Shown piece after piece: positions 1-10,022 of a stretch of DNA of 20,000 bases (the first letter of the stretch is position 1; every line of letters begins with the position of its first letter). The position numbers were made by a program, and so were the translations under genes. This DNA comes from Vicugna vicugna (taxonomy: Eukaryota). The notes under the pieces were generated by a model, which saw only the letters and a program-made list of their open reading frames with translations, searched no databases and was not told the DNA's origin. The stretch is from positions 800,779 through 820,778 of the forward strand of contig MU057398.1 in NCBI GenBank assembly GCA_013265495.1. The letters run 5' to 3'.

Positions 1-328
1 TTTGGGTGTTTAAGAGAGCTGCTTTCTCCCCATCCCCTGTTTTTGAGCCCAGAGAAGTGGCAGAAGAACCTAGAAATAGCTTTTACAGCTGGAATGAGAA
101 AACTAGCCAAGGGTGCAGCCCATCTCATGAGGCCAAAGGTTTTAAAGCTGCATTTCCTCAGCTGTTGAGTTTGGATAGCGTGGATAGGGAAAATAATCTT
201 AGGATCACCTGCGATGATCTGCAGTGCCTGCTTCGGTTTCTTTCTTTGTTTCTCTCCATGAAATATATTTGCTCAAGTGGCCCAGAGGGGCCCCAAGCAG
301 GGTCCTAACCTCTCTTTGCTTGCCCCAG

Positions 329-520
329 CTACCGCGTGTTCTGCCTCATGAGAGATGGTGAGTCCTCAGAAGGCTCCGTCTGGGAGGCCTTGGCCTTTGC
401 TTCCCACTACAGTCTGGACAACCTCGTCGCCATCTTCGACGTGAATCGCCTGGGCCACAGTGGCGGCTTGCCCCTTGAGCACTGCATAGACGTCTATCAG
501 AATCGCTGCGAAGCCTTTGG
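329..520 (+). CDS. TKTL1: TKTL1 coding exon (~exon 4), ThDP/Mg-binding motif region
   Basis: Acceptor ccccag|C at 328/329, donor GG|gtaact at 520/521. 192 nt encoding (S)[69 protein letters not shown] (RLGQS in TKT) plus the presence of introns point to TKTL1. Confidence 0.96.
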
Positions 521-599
521 GTAACTCCTGTTTTGTGTCGCCTTCTTTCTGCCCCATCCCCCCTTCATCTTGTAACCTGGCCTGCTCCTCGGTTGACAG

Positions 600-727
600 G
601 TGGAATACTTTCGTGGTGGATGGCCGTGATGTGGAGGCACTGTGTCAGGTGTTCTGGCAGGCAACTCAAATGAAGAACAAGCCCACTGCTATAGTTGCCA
701 AGACCTTCAAGGGCCGGGGCATTCCAA
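600..727 (+). CDS. TKTL1: TKTL1 coding exon (~exon 5)
   Basis: Follows a 79-nt intron (521-599, gt...gacag). 128 nt encoding (G)[42 protein letters not shown](S). Donor A|gtgagc. Confidence 0.96.
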
Positions 728-1329
728 GTGAGCAAGTGTTTCTTTTCTGCTTGGGGGTGTCAAAAACATCTGTGCACAGCAGATGAGGTGGAAGGAGACT
801 TAGGCTAGGTGGGTAGACACCTGACTTAGTGCATGATGATTATGCCTGTATTATGTGCTGGACGCTCTTGCTCTCCTTGATACTTAAAGTTAGCAGGTCT
901 GGTTAGGGTCAGAGGGGAAGCCCAGACCCCCAGCAGGTGAGCATGAGGGACTGGCTAGGAGGATAGCCCATCAGTTAGAGGACTGGCAGGGAGCAATCTC
1001 CATAGGAATGCAGAGTGAGAAAGGGTGCTGCTGTATGCACAAGCAGATGTGTAAATAAGTGTATGCGTGCGCACATGCTTGCTTGTGCCCACACTATCTG
1101 GGAGAACACACAGGCAATTAGTAAAGTGGTGCCTCTGGGAAAGGTAGCTGTGGAACTGAGGGTTGGGGAAGGAGGGGTTTTTGAAAGTGTTAACTTCTTG
1201 CAGATTTCAAAGCTGACACCTGAAGTCTTCATTTCAAGTGTAAATAGTTGGAATGGGTGTGATTCCTGGTGTGTTTTAATGTTGACATTTTAGAATAAAA
1301 CTATTCTATGATCCTCCCCAGGATATGGT

Positions 1330-1940
1330 CTTACTCTGGTACCCCCAGTTCAGTAAATGGCATCTTGACCAATTTGCTCCTGGCAGAAACCTGGGTAGTG
1401 TCCTTGACCCCATCTCTCCGTTATATGCCCCCTACACACATACCCAGTGAGCCATCAATTCTACTTGATTCTGTCCCCTAAAGTATAGCTCAGGTCTGTT
1501 CACTCCTCTCCATCTCTTGCCCAAGCCCTGTCATCTCTCCCTCCCTAACTGCAGTCTCCCCAAACCAGCCTCCACATGACTGCCATGTTGATCTTTCTAC
1601 AGCCTGGATCTCATCAGTCACCTCCCCAACTTCTAAACCCTTCTGTGGTTTCCCATCTTGTTTTGGACAAAACTCAAACTCATTATACCCACAGGATCCT
1701 CCATGGTCTGCTCTGCCTGTCTCTGTAGCCTCATCTCCCTCCCTTTCCCCTCCATTAACCAGCATATGGGCCATTGGCCCCCCTCAAGGGCCTCTAGCCT
1801 TTGTCCAGGCTGTCTCCTGGGCCTGCAGTGCTATCTCAGGCTCCCTGTGCTAGGTTTTGACTCCTTGACTGACATCTTTTCCATCAGGATGTCTTTCAGA
1901 TGACCTAACAGGTGCTCATTAAATACTCATGGAATGAGTG
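1330..1940 (+). mobile_element. L2 LINE relic (3' portion)
   Basis: Pyrimidine-rich L2-like blocks (cagaaacctggg..tccttgacc, aaacccttctgtggtttcccat) ending in the L2 3'-terminus-like caggtgctcattaaatactcatggaatgagtg. Boundaries approximate. Confidence 0.65.
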
Positions 1941-1960
1941 TCTTACTCATTTGGTTACAG

Positions 1961-2154
1961 GCGTTGAGGATGCAGAAAATTGGCATGGAAAGCCAATGCC
2001 AAAAGAAAGAGCAGATGCAATTATCAAACTAATTGAGAGCCAGATACAGACCAATAGGAATCTTGAACCAAAGCCCCCTATTGAAGACTCGCCTCAAATT
2101 AACATCACAGATATAGAAATGACCTCTCCACCTGCTTACAACATTGGTGACAAG
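1961..2154 (+). CDS. TKTL1: TKTL1 coding exon (~exon 6)
   Basis: Acceptor ttacag|GC. 194 nt encoding (S)VEDAENWHGKPMPKERADAIIKLIESQIQTNRNLEPKPPIEDSPQINITDIEMTSPPAYNIGDK. Donor AAG|gtaggc. Retains the active-site WHG histidine. Confidence 0.96.
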
Positions 2155-3088
2155 GTAGGCAAACTGCTATTTTCTCTGCTTTTTCTGAATACAGAGGACT
2201 CTGTTTACTCCAATCTCCACAAATGAACCAATTACTGGATGTTGTGACATTTAAGGTTATAAGCGATAAAGATGGATTTGCCTTCTCTTTTGCTATTTCT
2301 GATATTCTTTGATTTCAGACTTGACTCAGGTCTGAATTTTCTTATCAGTCACTACTTATTAGCATCCAGTGCTGTGTAGCTTTTGCTTGCTTCCTCAGTT
2401 CGATTTGTGGTCTGACAGTCCACTGTTCATGAAACTGCCATGATTCTGTGCCTATTTTAAGGATGGGGGCGTGGCTGGACTAATCTTTTGGACTTACTCC
2501 CTGGATTACACAAGGAAGCACACCAATTCATCAAAGACCAATTCTTCAAAAAGGAAACAAATCAGGCACAAAACCCTGAACATAAAGCCTTTTTGTTTTT
2601 TGTCAATCATTTTTGTACCCTGCCTTCTGGTATGTTACAACAGATGCAAAATAGGCAGGGTCTTCACAACATAAGGAAACAAGGTGGCAAGCCTGGGAAG
2701 AAGGAAATATTTTTCTGACCCTTCTTTGTTTTCCTTGTTTATTTGGGGACATTTTGAGTGTTGCTTATGTTTATGTTTTCTTAGCCTGATAATATGGGTT
2801 AAAAAGTTAATTGACTACTCGAGAACTTAAAAGATATGCTAAAAAGCAGAAGAAAGGTATTAATAAGGAAAAAGCACATATTAGCTAAGAGTTCTTGGGC
2901 AATATGTGTTAACATTTTAATTGTTCACACCCTTCAAGCTAGCAGTGCACTCACAAGAATTTATCCCACAGAAATACCTGTGCAAGTAAGTTATATGTTT
3001 TATGATTAGGAAAAATTAATTAAGGAAACATGCTAGTTCATAAAAAGTTAATGAATTAACATGAAGTCACATTAGTACACAAATCTGA

Positions 3089-3143
3089 GGGGAGGATATA
3101 GCTCAGTGATAGAGTGTGTGCCTAGCATGCACGAGGTTCTGGG
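3089..3143 (+). mobile_element. 3'-truncated tRNA-Ala-derived SINE (Vic-1-like)
   Basis: ggggaggatatagctcagtgatagagtgtgtgcctagcatgcacgaggttctggg aligns with the heads of the full copies at 8131 and 14027 but stops at the start of the B box. Confidence 0.85.
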
Positions 3144-3144
3144 A

Positions 3145-3870
3145 TGAGAAAACTATGCTAATTGGTATGAAAATTTGTTTAAAAAAAGGACTTTTTTAAG
3201 GAATACATAAAATACCAAAATTGACTGAAAAAGACACAAAACACTTAAGTAGATCAACAGCCATAGAAAAATTTGAGAAAACTCCAAGAGTTATACCTCC
3301 AAAATGCCAGATTCACCAAGTTACAAGAGTGACTTATTTTTGGCAATAGGTAACTCCTAGGCTGTTTCAAACCTTCCTGAATATGGAGAAAGCCATTTAT
3401 GAAGCCAAAATGTTATCAAGCTAGCTCAAAGGAAAAAACTAGAGACCAGCCTCAGCTATGAATATTAATGTAAAATTGTAAATAAAACATTCACCAGTCT
3501 TAACTCCGTTAGTACATTAAAAGCAGTATATGAATCAGTGAAATACAAATTTGTAATGCAGATCATTCATCAATATTAGAAGGGGGGAAAATTATGGTCA
3601 TTAACAACAAAAGTCTCAGTCCTGCCAAGGCAAGGGTAGGCCTGTTGTCATCTGCAGGTGATAGAGTTGTATGTCTGGAAAACCCAAGAGAATCAACTGA
3701 AAATAGAAAGGGAGTCCAGAGAGCTTGTAGCAAAGCTAATATATAAGGGTTAATTCTTTTCTAATATTAATAAGATGGAGAGATTGTCCGTTTTATAATG
3801 GCAATTAAAACTAAAATAACTAAAAATAAACTTAAATATATAAGATTGTATTAAGATGCTTCTGAAACTC
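3145..3870 (+). mobile_element. Degenerate old L1 ORF2 fragments
   Basis: A-rich sequence. 3651-3698 translates SAGDRVVCLENPREST, a decayed L1 reverse-transcriptase FADDMIVYLENPKES motif. No long ORF remains. Confidence 0.7.
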
Positions 3871-4164
3871 TAGCCCCAAAAGAAGCCTACCTGCGTCATA
3901 CCTATGAGGTGTTCGCCAGGTGTTTGTGAGCAGGCCGTTCCTGAAAGGTTGCTACACAAACCTGCTGTTGACTCACCTCTGGGGAGAGGAACTGGGCGGC
4001 TGGGAGGCAGGAGAGCAGGAGGAAGACGGCCTCTTCACTCGATAGCCTTTCATAACTTGACTTTTGTATTTGTCTACATGAATTGCCTGTTTTAAAAAAT
4101 ATGTTTAAGAGTGTTTAGATGAATTAAAACAAATAAATGAAAAGGTAAACCTTGTTTTTTTCAC

Positions 4165-4683
4165 AACAGCTTTAATGAGATATAATTCCCTATATAATCT
4201 ATCATTTGAAGTGTACAGTTCAATGGTTTTGAGCATATTCACAGAATTGCACAACCGTCACCACACTCAATCTTGTAACATTTCCATCACCCCAAAGAGA
4301 AACCTTCTGCCCATTAGCAGTTATGCTACATCCCCAGCCAGCACCTAGTAACTGCTGGTCTACTTTCTGTCTCTGGATTTGCCCATTGTGGACATTTCAT
4401 ATAAATGGGATCATATAATATGCAAACTTTTGTGTATGGCTTATTTTACTTAGCTTGATGTTCTCGAGGTTCATCCATGTTGTTTATGGATAATACCACA
4501 TTTTATTTATCCATTCATCTGTTGAGGGGCATTTGGGTTGTTTCTACTTTTTGGCTGTTGTCAATGCAGTGAACATTTGTATATAACTTTTTTATAGATG
4601 TATTTTTCTCTTGAGTATATACCTAGGAGTAGAATTGCTGGGTCATATGGTAATTCTGTTTAACATTTTGAGTAAATGCCAAA
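4165..4683 (-). mobile_element. L1 (L1MB/L1MC-like) 3' end fragment
   Basis: Typical antisense L1 3' motifs: aagtgtacagttcaatggtttt, catcaccccaaagagaaacc, ggacatttcatataaatggga, agtagaattgctgggtcatatggtaattct. Confidence 0.85.
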
Positions 4684-5037
4684 TCTTGTTTTATTATTTG
4701 TATCATGATTCTAAAGTTCTACATTTTAATATTTGCAGTGCGTATGATCAGTTTTTTAATTAAAAAGTCACAGACGCATTTGCATTTGGGGAAATTTAAA
4801 TTTTTAATCCACCACAGGAATGAGACAGAGGAGTAAGTTTATTTTGGAGAAATTAATACCCCAGTAAGCCAAGTATGTGTTTAAGATTGACTAGCAGTCT
4901 TTTTTTATGAACCTAAAGGAGATATTGGTGAATCACAAATTTGCTTTCTTCACTCAAATAGTTGACAATTTATAATTCTCCAAAATTTCACCTTCCCTCT
5001 AAATCCATTCTCAGAAACTCTACTGTTTGATTTCCAG

Positions 5038-5202
5038 ATGGCTACTCGGAAAGCATGTGGTTTGGCTTTGGCTAAGCTGGGCCATGCAAATGATAGAGTC
5101 ATTGTGCTGGATGGTGACACCAAGAATTCCACTTTCTCTGAGATATTCAGAAAGGAACATCCTGAGCGTTTCATCGAGTGTTTTATTGCTGAGCAAAACA
5201 TG
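5038..5202 (+). CDS. TKTL1: TKTL1 coding exon (~exon 7), start of pyrimidine-binding domain
   Basis: Acceptor tttccag|ATG. 165 nt encoding [55 protein letters not shown]. Donor ATG|gtacgt. Contains the cofactor-activating Glu of AEQNM. Confidence 0.97.
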
Positions 5203-5904
5203 GTACGTGTGCTGGGGGCATCCCTCTTGAGTCTTCTCACTGACTAATGGTGGCCCACCAGACACAGAAGGTCTGCCCCATGTTACATTTTTTCTTTCCA
5301 TTTATGAAAGCAAAGGAACTGGAGAAAAAAGTCTCTTGGGAAACAAGCAGAAAGTAGTAGCCAGGCAGAGTCTGAGGGGTGGCTACCAGGACTGCTGGGA
5401 AGGGCATGGTAGACTGCCTGGCACTCTCTCCAGATAGGCTGAGGGCTGCAGCCATCTGACCTCAGGGCTCCAGGCCTGACGCATCCCAAGCTCCCTACTA
5501 GCTCTGGGTAGCTCCACTCCTGCCCTGCCCAGTCCACAACCAGATAATCCTATAACATCCCAGAGGCTAGTAGGTTGAGAGCTACAAGGGACTGTGGTTT
5601 CTCTCTCCCCCTTGTAGCATGGGGCCTGAGATAGCCAAGATAGTCAAATGTTGCCCTAATTGCAGCCTCAAGAATGCCAGTAGAGCTGTAGCCTTAGGTA
5701 AAGCTGTTCTGCTTATCTGTGCTTCTGTCTCTTCCTAGATTGATATTAATGCAGGGAGTCTGTTATGCATGCACACATCCCCACTCATCCCCTGTCTCAA
5801 GAGAGAAAGGAGTTCATGCAAGTAAACACCCTGACTTCTAAAGCTCTGGGCCACTGCAGGGGACAGTGCACATCTGTCTTCACATAGTAGAGGCCAGAAG
5901 CAGC

Positions 5905-6240
5905 ACCAGCCAGAAACCTGTGGGCCAGCAGATCTCATGTGACTACCAAAGATACTTTATTTGGAACAAGTAGTATTTAGTTTTTTAAATTAGTTGTCAA
6001 CTTTCAAAAGTCAGGAGATTTTATATGGAATCCAGATTTTATATGGAATCCAAAATCCAAACCTCTTGAAAACTGGGAAGATCTGGAAACAGTGGGATGG
6101 CATTCCCTTGCCAATAGTTGACTGGAGCCAAGCAGGGGGCCCCGTTTATGTGGACGTCCACAGCCAGCTTGCCACATCTCTGCCCCCTGCCAGCCACTCG
6201 TGTTCAGAGTGCATCCCTGGCCCTGTGAGTGTTGGAAGCT
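5905..6240. mobile_element. Old non-autonomous hAT-Charlie DNA transposon, MER102-like
   Basis: aattagttgtcaactttcaaaagtcaggagatttt...tcttgaaaactgggaagatctggaaacagtggg...ctggagcc resembles the MER102 consensus as recalled. Termini not resolved. Confidence 0.6.
6016..6051. repeat. Perfect 18-bp tandem duplication
   Basis: agattttatatggaatcc at 6016-6033 and 6034-6051. Confidence 0.95.
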
Positions 6241-6324
6241 GGAAGAAAACTAGTGAAGAAGCAGCCAGCAAGCAGGGAGTATCCAGTGCTGTGGTCAGTC
6301 TGGTGGTTACGGTATGAGCATGAC

Positions 6325-6490
6325 TAGGGCTGATCAGGGATGAGCTCTCAGAAGAGGTGACATATAAGCTGAGACTTAAATGACAAGGGGTCAGTCATGT
6401 GTAGATCTGGGGGAACGGCATCCCCAGCAGGGGCCCCGCTGGCTCTGTGGTATGCCCAAGTGTGAGGTGCTTAGGGAGCAGCAGGAAAGG
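6325..6490 (-). mobile_element. L2 relic
   Basis: cagaagaggtgacatataagctgagacttaaatgac...gtagatctgggg resembles the antisense L2 3' region. Confidence 0.55.
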
Positions 6491-7831
6491 CGCAAGACTC
6501 CCCAGTGTGGAGAAGAGCTTGTTGACGGAAGAAGGGGAGTGACAGGAGATGGTGACTTGGGCCAGGACAGTAGCTGTGAGATTGAAGAGAAGTGGACTCA
6601 TCCAGAATCTTTCTTGGCAGGAGAGCCAGCAGGATGCCATGGGGTAGGTGTCAGGGCAGGAACCAAGGCTGGCACTGGGTGCAGGTCAGAGCATCTGGGT
6701 GTGGAGTGGTGTTGCTTTCTGAGAAGGACAAGATGGAGAGGAATGGACTTTGGGGACACAGGAGTGCTGTCTGGGCCCTGGAAAGTCAGGGTACCTGTTA
6801 GACTGGGTGTGGGGGTGCCAGGTAGGTCAGAGGACAGATCAGTTGTCTTCAAACGTGTTTGCTCTCCAAACTGCTCTGTGTGTTTTTCTCAATTAGATAC
6901 CCTTCTGCCTGGTTTTAAGTTAACATCTAAATCATTCATCACAGATTTAAGTAGATGCAAAGGATATAACTTCCCATATATTGAAATTTGTGACACGTTA
7001 GTGCTCAGATCATCCAATTACTTGAAGGCTCTCTTTGTCAGAAATTAAATCTTTTTCTACTTGAATTCTTACTTCCATTCTATTTTCCCGATGTATATTT
7101 TTGCATGAAAGCCTTTTGTTGATAATTCTATTGTTTTCTGCAACAAAAATATATACATATGTTGATTTTTAAAAAAAATTTTTCCTATATTCACAGGCCT
7201 TGAAGCATTATATGTTTTTTTCTTATGGATTGAGCTATGGTTATAATTATTAGCTTGTGTAAAAATGGTTAAATATACTTACAGCTCAAATGAGACAATA
7301 TTCGGAACAAAATTTATTCCTGTTTTAATGCTGTGACTGTTAGGGGCCCTTATTCACATAAGTAAGGTGATGGGAATGGAAGGGGTTTTGTTGTGGCATG
7401 ATCGTTTGATTCTTTCAATTCCTTCCAAAGGCCAAAAATCACACAGTGGTCTTTCATTTAAAGTTGTTTGTGGGAAATTATTTGTAAGGAGTCAACAGTT
7501 CCATTACGTTCTTGTTCCCCAGGAGGTGCCAAGGGGAAGCATGTGAAGGGGCAGGGAGAGAAGGGGTACAGAAGGTTGGGGGAGAGAAGAATGGGAAGGA
7601 GGCCTAACACAAGGCCTGCAGGTGGCTTGGAGTGTCCCAAGCTTCCCCATCTTGGATTTGAAGGAGCAGGGTCAGCACTGTGGTTCCTCTGTTTTCTGGC
7701 AGTGTTCATGGGAGACTTTGGGTTTTTCCAGGTCATGCAGATGTTATCTTGGGAACCACATATTCTTCACTGGGGGAGGGGAAGCGGCACAGAGTCCAGG
7801 AGTGTTCTGATTCACCTTCTTTCTGGTGCAG

Positions 7832-7988
7832 GTGAGTGTGGCGCTGGGATGCGCCACTCGTGGTCGGACCATTGCTTTTGTGAGCACCTTTGCTGCCTTT
7901 CTGACCCGAGCATTTCACCAGATCCGGATAGGAGCCATCACTCAAAGCAACATCAACCTCATTGGGTCCCACTGTGGGGTATCTGTAG
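7832..7988 (+). CDS. TKTL1: TKTL1 coding exon (~exon 8)
   Basis: Acceptor ggtgcag|GTG. 157 nt encoding [52 protein letters not shown](G). Donor G|gtatga. Confidence 0.96.
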
Positions 7989-8130
7989 GTATGAGTTCTC
8001 AATGCCATCATCTTGATCGCTTTTCTGCTTTACAGAAAAAGATTAGCATGTGAGTAGTTGAATCACCAACGTACTTAGGATTCCACAGTGTTTGATTGTT
8101 TGTAACCTCCTTTTTGCTGTATTGTGTTGA

Positions 8131-8275
8131 GGGGGTGGGTATAGCTCAGTGGTAGAACACGTGCTTAGCACACATGAGGTCCTGGGTTCAATCCCCAGTA
8201 CCTCCATCAAAAAATAGGTAAATAAATAAGTTGAATTACCTCCCCCCACCAAAACAAACAAACAGACAAACAAAA
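8131..8275 (+). mobile_element. Full-length tRNA-Ala(AGC)-derived SINE, camelid Vic-1-like
   Basis: tRNA-like head 8131-8206 with A box (tagctcagtgg) and B box (ggttcaatcc), then an A-rich/AAAT linker, aattacctccccc and an (AAAC)n tail. Target-site duplication gctgtattgt at 8116-8125 and 8276-8285. Confidence 0.92.
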
Positions 8276-8327
8276 GCTGTATTGTTTTACAAGTTCCAGA
8301 CACTGTGGGTAACTTCTGAACTGATCT

Positions 8328-8450
8328 TTTTTTTTTATTATTGAAGTAGAGTTGATTTAGAATGTTGTGTTAGTTCCTGGTGTACAGCAAAGTGATTCAG
8401 TTATATATATATACACACACACATTATATATACACATTCTTTTTCATATT
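8328..8450 (-). mobile_element. 5'-truncated young L1 3' terminus with perfect TSD
   Basis: Poly-T followed by attgaagtagagttgattta..gtacagcaaagtgattcagttatatata, which resembles a cetartiodactyl-type L1 3' end. Flanked by the 11-bp direct repeat tgaactgatct at 8317-8327 and 8451-8461. Confidence 0.85.
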
Positions 8451-9891
8451 TGAACTGATCTGTTGGTATTACTGTAAAGTGCCCATTCTTCAGTCACTGA
8501 GAGATAATTATCTGTCCCAAGTGTGTCTAATGTGTCGAGCCACAGACTAGGTATGACTTGGGCCACCCCAGCGTCACAGAACTCTTTTCTGCTCTTGGTG
8601 TAGTCACCTTAGTCTAAATGGGAACAAGCAGCATGGGCACAGCAAAGTGACGAGTGCGGGCTGTGGAGCCATCCCTGGGTTGAGTGGCCCGGCCCGAGGG
8701 AGTGGAAAACCTTGAGGAGCCCAGCACATGGGAGTGAGGCTGAGGCAGATGCTGCTCTTGGGTCATAACCACAGGATGGGCCCGATGGAAATGATGGGGA
8801 ATGGGAAGCCAGAAGGAGGAGGAGGTGTGTGCTGGCAGTGGGTAGAAAGTTGGGTGAATCTGAGAGAGCCTGAAAAAAGAAGTCAATGTTGCTGAGAGAT
8901 GGAGGAGTCCAAAATTGCATGAAAAGCAAAATGCCAGGCCCCAATGGTTTCTGGCCTGGGACACATCAGGGAGTCGTGTTCGCGAATGATAAAAATGAGG
9001 ACCCTGTGGTGGGGCAGGTCATCAAGGTAGAGGTGACAGCTCACATTCACTGCTCGGATGCTAGAGGGGAGGGGAGGGCTGGAAGTGCCCATTCCAGAAT
9101 CATCTCAGGGACTTCCTGGGAGAACTAAACTGGCTAAGGGGTCTCTGGCTGGGCCAGGTGTGGGGGAAGCAAGTGAGAAGAGAGAAGAGCCAACAGCATT
9201 TCAGGGCTGGGCTGGGCAGAGGGCCTAGACAGGTGTCTGGAGTCTTTGCCTTTGTGCAGAGTAAGTTTTAAAGTCAGCTAAATGGAGGAGTGGCTCTAGG
9301 TCCCCTTCCTAGCTGGAAGAGCTGGGCCACCCTGGTGTACATGGGGCTTTCTTGTCCCGCAGTTTGTTTCCCACACACACACTAGAGCTCCCTTTGGTAT
9401 AATAGCACCTAAGGGTGCCCCAAAGCTATGTTCTATAACGTGCAGCTACTGTGATGGCCATGAGGAATGAGTAAGACCACTTCAGTCTGAAAACCTCCGT
9501 CTTTGCATGGAGAAGGTAGAAGAGCAGAGAAGGGAAGACAGAGTCTGAGGCGACCCTCCCAAGGGAAGAGGACAGGGGCAGAGAGGCCTGCTGAGGCTGA
9601 CTCAGCCACCAGTGCTCAGGGAGAAGAGCATCGAGTCACCTTGGACAGCAGCAACAGTGACAAGGGTCAGGGCCAAGAAGTGACCTCTGGTGTGGACCTC
9701 AAATGTCAATTGACAGCCTAACCCTGAAGGTTGTGATGATGTCTCAAGGGGGAGATGGAGGCAGTTCTGTGGGGCTGTGCAGTGGTCATGGGGCCCCCAT
9801 GGCAATAAGCGCTCCTGCTTATCCCGCAGAGTGCAGGCTTCTAGTTGGGTCTTGCTCATGTTTTTGTTGGGCGATGGCTTTGCTCTTCCAG

Positions 9892-10022
9892 GTGAAGATG
9901 GCCCCTCTCAGATGGCCCTGGAGGATCTGGCCATGTTCCGAGCCATTCCAGACTGCACCGTTTTCTATCCAAGTGACGCCATCTCAACGGAGCATGCTGT
10001 TTTCCTGGCGGCCAAAGCCAAG
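9892..10022 (+). CDS. TKTL1: TKTL1 coding exon (~exon 9), transketolase signature GEDGPSQ
   Basis: Acceptor cttccag|GT. 131 nt encoding (G)[43 protein letters not shown]. Donor AAG|gtattt. Confidence 0.97.

Noticed and set aside
521..599. 79-nt intron as a coding read-through or mirtron
   Set aside because: Retention hits TAA at once (522-524), and the intron is pyrimidine-rich with no end-to-end hairpin.
6380..7048. 222-aa intronic + strand ORF
   Set aside because: It starts in an antisense L2 relic, crosses from G-rich to AT-rich sequence and resembles no protein family I recognise.
8131..8206. Genuine tRNA-Ala(AGC) genes here and at 14032-14103
   Set aside because: Both have mismatched anticodon stems, share a non-tRNA tail (AAAT linker, acctcccc, A-rich end) and have target-site duplications. 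They are SINEs.
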